From the IMG/VR virus record IMGVR_UViG_3300032277_001725, positions 1-26,468 of that record: a stretch of DNA of 26,468 nt; one strand, written 5' to 3'. A program made the translations under genes and the position numbers. Source of the stretch: a virus (taxonomy: Duplodnaviria; Caudoviricetes). Positions 1-6,397 of the stretch are shown in pieces; the first letter of the stretch is position 1, and each line of letters starts with the position of its first letter. Below the pieces are notes generated by a model. That model ran no database searches. It saw only the letters and a program-made list of their open reading frames with translations, and was not told the origin of the DNA.

Positions 1-20
1 ATTCAACGGGTCAACCCGAC
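1..20 (+). ncRNA. Partial (3' part) copy of the dual-loop stem-loop element (unit U0)
   Basis: Positions 1-12 read AT-TCA-ACGGG-TC, matching the loop consensus of the full units; followed by AACCCGAC and a T-run. The 5' part would lie outside the window. Confidence 0.5.
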
Positions 21-33
21 TTTTTACTATTGA

Positions 34-85
34 GCGAGATTCAAACTATCATCTGGTAAGTTCCAGATTTATGGTATCATCTCGC
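34..85 (+). ncRNA. Dual-loop stem-loop element U1 (candidate guide RNA)
   Basis: Outer stem GCGAGAT(34-40)/ATCTCGC(79-85); left loop TCAAACTATC; inner hairpin ATCTGG-taagtt-CCAGAT; right loop TTATGGTATC. Ends 20 nt upstream of the start codon of ORF 106. Confidence 0.8.
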
Positions 86-105
86 CGTTTTTGAAGGAGT
101 AGTAT

Positions 106-1206
106 ATGACTACTTATGTTTTAGATTGTGGAACTAATAAATCCACACTTTACAATTCTGATACCGACAAGTGCGACATCATTACACACAGCGAAGTTTT
201 GGCGTTACCAGATACTTTGCCAGAAGGTTCAACTCTAATCTCCGAATACTCGCATCTTGGGTGTCAGCGAACAGAGTTCTCTCTATCTCAGCCATTCACG
301 GCTGACGAGCTATTAAGATTTTATAGTGAATTAGAATACAAGAATATTACTTTGAAGTTATTTCCGCAGAAATCAACGCCAAGAGCATGTTCGTACGCTA
401 ATCTTCCGAAGTCGGACGAGTCAGACCCAAAGAGTATTTACATTTTAACTAGAGACTTTCCACAAATCTCCATGATGAAACCTCCTAAAACATTTGAGGT
501 TGACCCAAAGAGACTGGAAGCATACGATTATAAGAACTATACTAGTAAGTATATTAACATGGCGAGACGACAAGAAGACGCATACTCGGAAGATGGGTGT
601 AGTCAATGGATTAGAGATAACATTGAATTGTTATTTGATAATCTATCTGACACAGCTAAGTCAGCCTTCTCTAAAGGTACGACGAGCCAGTGTCAAGGTG
701 TAAAGACTAAGCACCGAACCATGAAGAGGGATAAAAGCGGTGAGGTGAGAATGACTACTGTTAGTATGCAGTCTTTGTACGCAGTTATCTGTACACTAAT
801 CGACTATGATGGCAACGTCAGAGTTCGTCCATATACCGGAGAAGTCGCAGGTTGGCAGTATATTAAGAGATACATATTATGTATGACTCCATTTCACTTC
901 AGAGGTGGCGTGGCTAGAAGCAATCTTTACTATCACGGCATGAAAAACTGGATTAAGTTTATGGTGCAGGAAGATGGACTAAACTTCAAGGGCAAGAGCA
1001 GAGGTGGATTCTTTGAGGATGACAAGACCAAGATCGAAGGCTCCATGTTTACGCCCGAAGAAGACGCAGCGTTTCTTAAATACAGGAAACAGTACGTTGA
1101 TTCAATCCGTGAGCTTTGGCAACTAACTAAGAAAATTATTACTGGTGATTTGGATTCAGGTGTTCATTCTAAACAATTAGAGTTCATATACTCATCCAAA
1201 AACTAG
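106..1206 (+). CDS. IS110-related DEDD RuvC + Nop-like protein (TIGR-Tas TasR-like candidate RNA-guided nuclease)
   Basis: RBS GAAGGAG upstream. Acidic tetrad D7 (YVLDCG), E47 (LISEYS), D104 and D107 (KSDESD), spaced like the IS110 DEDD domain. C-terminal YILCMTP-FHFR-GGVARSNLYY resembles IS110 YxGLxP...GNxxLRxxLY without the intervening SG-containing loop. Recognised by eye. Confidence 0.65.
   Translation: MTTYVLDCGTNKSTLYNSDTDKCDIITHSEVLALPDTLPEGSTLISEYSHLGCQRTEFSLSQPFTADELLRFYSELEYKNITLKLFPQKSTPRACSYANLPKSDESDPKSIYILTRDFPQISMMKPPKTFEVDPKRLEAYDYKNYTSKYINMARRQEDAYSEDGCSQWIRDNIELLFDNLSDTAKSAFSKGTTSQCQGVKTKHRTMKRDKSGEVRMTTVSMQSLYAVICTLIDYDGNVRVRPYTGEVAGWQYIKRYILCMTPFHFRGGVARSNLYYHGMKNWIKFMVQEDGLNFKGKSRGGFFEDDKTKIEGSMFTPEEDAAFLKYRKQYVDSIRELWQLTKKIITGDLDSGVHSKQLEFIYSSKN
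1149..1200 (+). ncRNA. Dual-loop stem-loop element U2, overlapping the last codons of ORF 106-1206
   Basis: TTTGGAT(1149-55)/ATCCAAA(1194-1200); left loop TCAGGTGTTC; inner ATTCTAA-acaa-TTAGAGT (one U-G); right loop TCATATACTC. Confidence 0.75.
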
Positions 1207-1220
1207 TATATATAATTAAA

Positions 1221-1281
1221 GAGGTCGAGATTCAACTTGTTATTTGAACTAGATTCAAATTAATGGCATCATTTTGTCCTC
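1221..1281 (+). ncRNA. Dual-loop stem-loop element U3 followed by a U-tract (may also terminate transcription)
   Basis: GAGG-t-CGAGAT/ATTTTG-t-CCTC (two G-U pairs); left loop TCAACTTGTT; inner ATTTGAA-ctaga-TTCAAAT; right loop TAATGGCATC; T7-A-T7 follows. Confidence 0.75.
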
Positions 1282-1309
1282 TTTTTTTATTTTTTTCTAA
1301 AGATTTGAT

Positions 1310-1337
1310 TTGCAAACGACGATACATAAAGTATAAT
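1310..1337 (+). promoter_or_regulatory. Sigma70-like promoter of class TTGCAA-N2-GACGAT-N8-TATAAT
   Basis: TTGCAA (1310-15), 16-nt spacer containing GACGAT, TATAAT (1332-37). Same motif at 1973 and 11039. Confidence 0.7.
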
Positions 1338-1346
1338 AAAGGCACG

Positions 1347-1400
1347 GGCGAGATTCAAATGCTTATCTGATAAGATTCAGATTCAGAGGCTCATCTCGCC
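1347..1400 (+). ncRNA. Dual-loop stem-loop element U4, just downstream of the 1310 promoter
   Basis: GGCGAGAT/ATCTCGCC; left loop TCAAATGCTT; inner ATCTGA-taagat-TCAGAT; right loop TCAGAGGCTC. Confidence 0.8.
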
Positions 1401-1432
1401 AATCAGTTAATAACACGTTTTAGGAGAATAAA

Positions 1433-1849
1433 ATGGCAAGACTTGGATTGAATAGTATTTACCAGCGAAGATTAGAAACCCGTAAAGGAGGAAGCGGCAA
1501 AAGAATCACGATGAGTTGCGGCGGTGGAATGGCTGGCAGTAAGTGGTACGAAGAAGTAACTGACATAGATATGGAAGGTGAGTTCATTGATGTCATAACA
1601 ATCGACGGCCAAAGCAAACTGCTAGGTAAACAGTGGGTTGTTAAGATTATAGATGTTGACTTTCATGCTCAGGTATTAGATAAGGACGGTGAGGTTACCA
1701 TTGAATGGTACGATGTACCAAAGGGTGGACATGTTGAACACTGTAATGTTGAAAGAGACCGTACCCAACCTCATATCATGACTCCGTGCCACATTAAAAG
1801 CCTACCAAACTATTACAAAGATAAAAAGAGGAGTTTAGTGAATGTCTAA
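1433..1849 (+). CDS. Hypothetical phage protein (138 aa)
   Basis: RBS AGGAG upstream; no recognisable motif. Confidence 0.75.
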   Translation: MARLGLNSIYQRRLETRKGGSGKRITMSCGGGMAGSKWYEEVTDIDMEGEFIDVITIDGQSKLLGKQWVVKIIDVDFHAQVLDKDGEVTIEWYDVPKGGHVEHCNVERDRTQPHIMTPCHIKSLPNYYKDKKRSLVNV

Positions 1850-1982
1850 GGAAAACAGACTTGAGGAGGAAAGAAAGCGACTTGACAAGAGACTTGAGGA
1901 CGAGAGAAAACAACTTGACAAGAGGCTTGAAGAGGATATAAAGAAACTTGACAAAAAGATTAAAGTTACCTCTTGCAACTGA
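1842..1982 (+). CDS. Small 11-residue-repeat coiled-coil protein (46 aa)
   Basis: MSKENR-LEEERKRLDKR-LEDERKQLDKR-LEEDIKKLDKK-IKVTSCN; three 33-nt repeats; GAGGAG upstream. Not in the supplied ORF track. Confidence 0.65.
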   Translation: MSKENRLEEERKRLDKRLEDERKQLDKRLEEDIKKLDKKIKVTSCN

Positions 1983-2000
1983 CGATAAGTATTGTATAAT
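1973..2000 (+). promoter_or_regulatory. Sigma70-like promoter (TTGCAA-N2-GACGAT-N8-TATAAT)
   Basis: TTGCAA ctGACGATaagtattg TATAAT, directly upstream of a structured non-coding region. Confidence 0.7.
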
Positions 2001-2006
2001 CAAATC

Positions 2007-2111
2007 AACTGGCGAGGTCACAAGTGACGGTGTGATCCAAAGCCGTAACCGAGCAGCATGATATTCCATCCCTTTGTGGAGCCTGCGTAAGTCGGATAAG
2101 CCAGTTTTTTT
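2007..2111 (+). ncRNA. Orphan structured RNA A (multi-stem, possible pseudoknot)
   Basis: Closing stem AACTGGC/GCCAGTT then a T-run. Hairpin GGTCACA/TGTGATC whose loop ACGG could pair with CCGT(2043-46). Nested CCGA/TCGG, GCAG/CTGC, TCCA/TGGA. GC-richer than its surroundings. Confidence 0.55.
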
Positions 2112-2115
2112 AACA

Positions 2116-2183
2116 TCTTGCCTAGTAGTGTGAGTTCGCACGCCCGAAAGGGAAGACTGGAGTAACTAACCAGCTAGGTAAGA
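2116..2183 (+). ncRNA. Orphan structured RNA B (four-way junction with GNRA hairpin)
   Basis: TCTTGCCTAG/CTAGGTAAGA enclosing GTGTG-agtt-CGCAC, CCC-GAAA-GGG and CTGG-agtaactaa-CCAG; followed by T5 and an RBS. Confidence 0.55.
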
Positions 2184-2203
2184 CTTTTTATAGGAGATTG
2201 AAG

Positions 2204-2374
2204 ATGAGTGAATATAGGAATAGAACTATCTGTGTAGATAAGCATGAGATAGTAGTAGATAGAGTACATGAAATTCATATCGCTATATCGCAAGGCAATG
2301 TTATTCAGGTAGAAGGTCTACCAGATGAGTGGGAATATACTGTACATGATGTGGAGCAAGATATAGATGAGTAA
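2204..2374 (+). CDS. Hypothetical protein (56 aa)
   Basis: AGGAG RBS; MSEYRNRTICVDKHE...QDIDE; overlaps the next start by 8 nt. Confidence 0.6.
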   Translation: MSEYRNRTICVDKHEIVVDRVHEIHIAISQGNVIQVEGLPDEWEYTVHDVEQDIDE

Positions 2375-2693
2375 AGATCACTACGAAGAGAATGACGAGC
2401 GTATGAACATCATTGGACAGAATGGTAATGATGGCCTTCACTATGGCGAGAGTATCATAACTGATGTTTATAATGGTAAGTATGTTTTGATTCAGTTAGT
2501 TGACACTACTGTTGAGCTTACTGTAGAGAACAATATATATAGTTTAACAGAAGCTCTAGACCTAGAACAGGAACTACAGCAGGCTATTTATATACTGAAA
2601 AAAAATCATGTTCTAGAAGAAGCCACTACATATTCACAGCAGATGCAAGAAGTATTGGAACCTATAGATGAAGATATGGACGCTGTGGGCTAA
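2367..2693 (+). CDS. Hypothetical phage protein
   Basis: Acidic ORF with an RMNIIGQNGNDGLHY motif of a kind I recall from environmental phage proteins. Confidence 0.65.
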   Translation: MSKDHYEENDERMNIIGQNGNDGLHYGESIITDVYNGKYVLIQLVDTTVELTVENNIYSLTEALDLEQELQQAIYILKKNHVLEEATTYSQQMQEVLEPIDEDMDAVG

Positions 2694-2820
2694 AGCTCTT
2701 GGTGAAAAGGTTGGCGAAGATAAAGAGGCCGACAGGGTAGCCATCATTAGAACATTAATTGTACTACAGGCTGTTATATGTAATGGTCTTATTATTTGGA
2801 ATATTATAAGGAACTGGTAA
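2668..2820 (+). CDS. Small phage membrane protein (50 aa, WAKALGEK...ADRVAIIRT type)
   Basis: MKIWTLWAKALGEKVGEDKEADRVAIIRTLIVLQAVICNGLIIWNIIRNW; resembles a small-protein family of marine myophages; one hydrophobic helix. Confidence 0.65.
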   Translation: MKIWTLWAKALGEKVGEDKEADRVAIIRTLIVLQAVICNGLIIWNIIRNW

Positions 2821-3272
2821 TGAATAAGTCAAATAAAATAACTGATACAGATTGGTTTTGGGTTTGTGTATTTGTGGCAGTAATATTAATAGGATCAATG
2901 GCATGATAGCTTGTGGACAATGTTTATTTAGCATTTCTCAGATTTTAACTGTAGTTTGCACATGTGCTTATCCGATAACATATATAGCAAATAAAGTATT
3001 GAGGAAGAAATATGAGTGAAAACGAGGACAAATATAATAACTTCATGATATTGATGTTAGTTGTACTCACTCCTTTTGCTATAGGCATCTGGTTATTTCT
3101 GGGGCTTATGGAACTAATATACTAATCATGGAAAGGGTTATAGAAGTGGGAATTTATAGTTTAGCTTGGGCTGCGGGAATTGGTGGCTTTATTTTTGGCA
3201 CAATGTTTGCAATATATACTATAACTCAGAAAGATTATGAGAAATAAAATGTTAAAAGAAGATATTAAATCC

Positions 3273-3301
3273 TTGACAGACATGACCTTGTATGTTATAC
3301 T
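3273..3301 (+). promoter_or_regulatory. Near-consensus sigma70 promoter
   Basis: TTGACA-17 nt-TATACT with an extended -10 TG. Confidence 0.75.
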
Positions 3302-3370
3302 ATGGTACATCGGAGGATACATCTTAGGATACTTTCTAATTTACTTTTTACATTGGATAGGGGTTTTATA

Positions 3371-3742
3371 ATGGGACTAGATCAATACGCAAATGCTCGC
3401 AGAGGCGAGGCAAAGACAGACGATGAGGGTTATACCTACTACGAAGACAGTATGGAGTTAGCATACTGGCGCAAACATCCTAACCTACAGGGATGGATGC
3501 AAGACCTCTACCACGAGAAGGGTGGAGAAGAAGAATTCAACTGTGTTGATTTGGAATTAACACTTGAGGACTTGGACGCTCTGGAAGAGTCACTTGACGA
3601 AGAAGCGTTACCGGAAACCGGAGGATTCTTCTTTGGTACTGACTCTAGCGATCATTATGCAGAAGCAGACCGTGAGTTTATCGTGCAGGCGCGCGCCTCA
3701 ATCAAACAAGGTTACACTGTTATTTATTCTAGTTGGTGGTAA
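3371..3742 (+). CDS. Conserved phage hypothetical protein (MGLDQY...YWRKH...SSW family)
   Basis: Start moved to ATG 3371 (MGLD), preceded by ATAGGGG; YWRKHPNLQGWM and LPETGGFFFG motifs. Confidence 0.8.
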   Translation: MGLDQYANARRGEAKTDDEGYTYYEDSMELAYWRKHPNLQGWMQDLYHEKGGEEEFNCVDLELTLEDLDALEESLDEEALPETGGFFFGTDSSDHYAEADREFIVQARASIKQGYTVIYSSWW

Positions 3743-3752
3743 GGAGATTATT

Positions 3753-3944
3753 ATGGAACTAAAAGATTATCAAATTGAAATTATTGAACGAGCATTATGT
3801 TACTTGCAGAATGACTATGATGCTCATGACTTGGAAGACTTGATGTATTCAGGTGCTGAGCTTGAATCAGAGATTTTCCTGATCCAAGAAAAGCTAAAAA
3901 CAAGACTTACCGAATTGCATGCAGAGGAAAGCAGAGTTGACTAA
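3753..3944 (+). CDS. Hypothetical protein (63 aa)
   Basis: AAGGAG RBS before ATG 3753. Confidence 0.65.
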   Translation: MELKDYQIEIIERALCYLQNDYDAHDLEDLMYSGAELESEIFLIQEKLKTRLTELHAEESRVD

Positions 3945-4527
3945 CTATACTTTTACAAATGACTGGTTCTCTGAGGAGAACGGAGAGCCAGTCGTAAGAG
4001 AGTTCGACAGATTTCTTTCTTGCTATAAGGACAAGCCATGCAAATTCCTTGAAATAGGTTCTTACGAAGGCATGTCGGCAATTTGGATGCTTGATAATAT
4101 TCTCACACATGAACACTCAAGGCTTTGGTGTATTGATGTGTGGGCTGAATGGACTGGTGACGCATTTCCTACGTTTGTAAATAATATTAAACTCAGTGGA
4201 CATAAAGACAAGATTGAGATTATCAAGGGTGATTCAATAGATTATGTAGGCATGTTTCCCAAAGATTACTTTGACTTCATTTATGTAGATGGAAATCATG
4301 ATGAGAGAGCAGTATTGCAAGACATGCTGTTGTCCTTTAGGGTTTTGAAATCTGGCGGCATCATGGCACTAGATGATTACTTACTATGTATAAGATATCC
4401 CGAATCAGAAGGGTCTTTAGCAAATAAAGGTTTAACAAAGGCGGCGATAGATTATTTCCTTGAGTTATTTTCGAGTCAGCTTACGATAATTCATAAAGAC
4501 TATCAGCTTTGGATAAGAAAGGTTTAG
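3919..4527 (+). CDS. Class I SAM-dependent methyltransferase (Methyltransf_24-like)
   Basis: LEIGSYEG motif I, FDFIYVDGNH, LKSGGIMALDDY. Start uncertain (possibly TTG near 3937). Confidence 0.85.
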   Translation: MQRKAELTNYTFTNDWFSEENGEPVVREFDRFLSCYKDKPCKFLEIGSYEGMSAIWMLDNILTHEHSRLWCIDVWAEWTGDAFPTFVNNIKLSGHKDKIEIIKGDSIDYVGMFPKDYFDFIYVDGNHDERAVLQDMLLSFRVLKSGGIMALDDYLLCIRYPESEGSLANKGLTKAAIDYFLELFSSQLTIIHKDYQLWIRKV

Positions 4528-4529
4528 AT

Positions 4530-4730
4530 ATGGAAAATAGATATTTGAGTTTAGACATTGGAAAGATTACAGTTTCAGTTAAGATGGATGATGAGGGTAT
4601 TGCATTAGATGTAATTAAAAGAAGCAACCCAATCGGATTTTCACCACCGGAAGAAGAACTGGTTGAGTCTGCTTGGAAAACGTATAGTGATTTTGGATTC
4701 GAGGTCAAAGGATTAGAAAAAGAAGAATGA
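4530..4730 (+). CDS. Hypothetical protein
   Basis: ATG 4530 with AAAGG upstream; coupled to its neighbours. Confidence 0.6.
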   Translation: MENRYLSLDIGKITVSVKMDDEGIALDVIKRSNPIGFSPPEEELVESAWKTYSDFGFEVKGLEKEE

Positions 4731-4906
4731 ATTGGCAAGAAGATAGAGAAGAATACCTTTCGTCTGGAAGATTCAAGTCACCAGATGATATACAAAAAAA
4801 GATTTTAGACAGAGCGCAAACGAAATCTACGGAGGCTTTGCTGTATTTGTGCTTACTTTTATTTGGAGTTGGTTTGTTAGCCACTCTAGTATACTTTTTA
4901 GTTTAG
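4727..4906 (+). CDS. Small protein with C-terminal transmembrane helix (59 aa)
   Basis: ATGA overlap with the previous stop; ends ALLYLCLLLFGVGLLATLVYFLV. Confidence 0.55.
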   Translation: MNWQEDREEYLSSGRFKSPDDIQKKILDRAQTKSTEALLYLCLLLFGVGLLATLVYFLV

Positions 4907-4921
4907 ACATGGAGGTTTATA

Positions 4922-5215
4922 ATGAAAAAGTTTTTACCAATTTTAGTTTTATTATTTATTCCGGTATCAAGTGTAAATGCCGCAGAACAATTCAGGCTCG
5001 TCCCACTGGACGAATATGTTAAGAGTGCTGGCAGTTTTGTAATTGATACTGGTGCTAAAGTCATCGAAGGAATCGAGACTACGGCATTTGGTCTTGGAGA
5101 AATTGTAACTGCTCCCTTGAGAGCAGACTTCTACAAGCCAAGAAAGAAAACTTACTACTTCAAAAAACCAAGACTTGAGTTTCAATATAACTCAGGAAGA
5201 TTTTACAGGGAGTAG
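4922..5215 (+). CDS. Hypothetical secreted protein
   Basis: GGAGG RBS; signal-peptide-like MKKFLPILVLLFIPVSSVNA. Confidence 0.7.
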   Translation: MKKFLPILVLLFIPVSSVNAAEQFRLVPLDEYVKSAGSFVIDTGAKVIEGIETTAFGLGEIVTAPLRADFYKPRKKTYYFKKPRLEFQYNSGRFYRE

Positions 5216-5337
5216 ATTATGGCTTGGGCAATACTAACACTTGCGATGTTGCCATTATTTAAGTTAGATAGATTTACTAGACGAGACATCAGAAGATACG
5301 ATAGAGAAATAAGAAAGATTGAGAAGGAGCATATAAA

Positions 5338-5550
5338 ATGGCTAGAAGAGGATCGAGACATGTTACAGGAAATACTATTACTACAAAAAGCTGGTTTGGC
5401 TCACACGCCGAAATGGTTGTAGAAGAATTAACTGATGGTATTGTTGTCTGTGAGGATGACAAAGGAAAGTATATTACAGATACCAAAATGATTGACTCTG
5501 GATTTGCTGATCCAAATAGATTTGAACTTAATAGAAAAGTTCCAGAATAA
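5338..5550 (+). CDS. Hypothetical phage protein
   Basis: GAAGGAG RBS; WFGSH...CEDDKG...ADPNR; ends just before the next promoter. Confidence 0.65.
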   Translation: MARRGSRHVTGNTITTKSWFGSHAEMVVEELTDGIVVCEDDKGKYITDTKMIDSGFADPNRFELNRKVPE

Positions 5551-5553
5551 TTC

Positions 5554-5582
5554 TTGCAAACTGGGCTATCTTATGATACAAT
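5554..5582 (+). promoter_or_regulatory. Sigma70-like promoter
   Basis: TTGCAA-17 nt-TACAAT with TG extension, in the intergenic gap. Confidence 0.6.
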
Positions 5583-5608
5583 ACTTTTAGTTAATAAAGG
5601 AGTCAGAT

Positions 5609-6109
5609 ATGCAATATAAATTTTCCTGCTGTAATATGATAGCTCCGGCGGCTAAAAATTATGGTAGATTACAAGAATGTCCAACGTGTGGAAAACAGAA
5701 TCCCATTATGGAAGAGGTAGATAAAGAAGACCAAGTCTTCACTATTCCTGTTTCGCCTTTCTCAGGTGACAAGTCATTTGAGAATAGACAATGGGGTTCT
5801 TTTAAGGTTCTTCTTGACGAGGAATATATCAAAGTAAAAAAGATAGTGGTTAATTCTGGTAAGCGATTAAGTCTACAGCTACATACTAAGAGAGATGAAC
5901 ATTGGTTTGTAGTAGAAGGCTTCGGGACTTTAGAATTAAACGGACAAGCAACTGATATTTCCGCTGGTGATTCTTTTGATATTAAGAAATACCAGACACA
6001 CCGAGTTCGAGCTTCAGGTCTTAACGATTTAGTTATACTTGAGATTCAAACAGGTGTGTGTCAAGAAGACGATATTATAAGAATTGAGGATGACTTCGGA
6101 CGAGTTTAA
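5609..6109 (+). CDS. Type II phosphomannose-isomerase-like cupin with N-terminal Cys-rich zinc-ribbon-like extension
   Basis: RQWGSF, KRLSLQLHTKRDEHW, LEIQTG, EDDIIRIEDDFGR match the ManC C-terminal cupin; CC...CPTC at the N-terminus. Confidence 0.85.
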   Translation: MQYKFSCCNMIAPAAKNYGRLQECPTCGKQNPIMEEVDKEDQVFTIPVSPFSGDKSFENRQWGSFKVLLDEEYIKVKKIVVNSGKRLSLQLHTKRDEHWFVVEGFGTLELNGQATDISAGDSFDIKKYQTHRVRASGLNDLVILEIQTGVCQEDDIIRIEDDFGRV

Positions 6110-6162
6110 TTTAATTAAACGATTGAAATTGTGCAAAGTTTTATTGTCCGAGTCTCCTCTCT

Positions 6163-6234
6163 GGCCTGTTCGTCTAGGGGTTAGGACTTCAGCTTTTCAC
6201 GCTGGCAACACGGGTTCGATTCCCGTACAGGTCA
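6163..6234 (+). tRNA. tRNA-Glu(TTC), CCA not encoded
   Basis: Acceptor GGCCTGT/ACAGGTC; anticodon arm TCAGC-ttTTCac-GCTGG; T-loop TTCGATT. Confidence 0.92.
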
Positions 6235-6237
6235 CTA

Positions 6238-6290
6238 GTGAGATTCAAAGAGTCATTTAGATTTGATCTAGATTCATCACTTCATCTCAC
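6238..6290 (+). ncRNA. Dual-loop stem-loop element U5 between the two tRNAs
   Basis: GTGAGAT/ATCTCAC; left loop TCAAAGAGTC; inner ATTTAGAT-ttg-ATCTAGAT (one U-G); right loop TCATCACTTC. Confidence 0.8.
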
Positions 6291-6296
6291 AATTAA

Positions 6297-6370
<74 letters not shown>

Positions 6371-6397
6371 CTGATTAATTTTATAAGGAACCAAGTT

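Noticed and set aside
106-1206. Canonical IS110 transposase / intact insertion sequence
   Set aside because: The SG-containing catalytic loop is not visible between YILCMTP and GGVARSNL, no element ends were identified, and the RNAs are single-loop units rather than a two-loop bridge RNA. Cannot be fully excluded without a structure.
34-1400. CRISPR array interpretation of the repeated units
   Set aside because: No constant direct repeats with 25-45-nt spacers, spacing is irregular, and no cas genes are present. Conservation is structural, with variability inside the loops.
1794-2141. Minus-strand 115-aa ORF and the other minus-strand ORFs in the track
   Set aside because: They are shadows of + strand genes or RNAs, with no RBS or motifs seen; the window is uniformly + strand.
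2007-2183. Assignment to hammerhead, twister, pistol, HDV-like ribozyme or c-di-GMP riboswitch
   Set aside because: I could not find the diagnostic conserved cores by eye; left unclassified.
3390-3406. CAAATGCT-cg-CAGAGGC matches both loops of U4 in the same sense; AAGAGTCACTT near 3585 resembles both loops of U5
   Set aside because: The two cases have inconsistent geometry, I saw no equivalent for U1-U3, and the matches were found post hoc. Treated as probable coincidence; worth rechecking in a systematic target search.
4762-4789. GATTCA-containing hairpin as a further stem-loop unit (also GATTCA at 6043, 11102, 13231)
   Set aside because: Lacks the second loop and the inner/outer stem geometry.
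5219-5422. 67-aa ORF overlapping 5338-5550 by 85 nt
   Set aside because: Could be real (GGGAG upstream, hydrophobic N-terminus), but the long overlap with a better-supported ORF leaves it unresolved.
34-6290. Minus-strand reading of the units as box C/D-like (GATGA...TGA) RNAs
   Set aside because: Four G-U pairs on the + strand would be A-C mismatches on the minus strand, and all flanking promoters, tRNAs and genes are on +.
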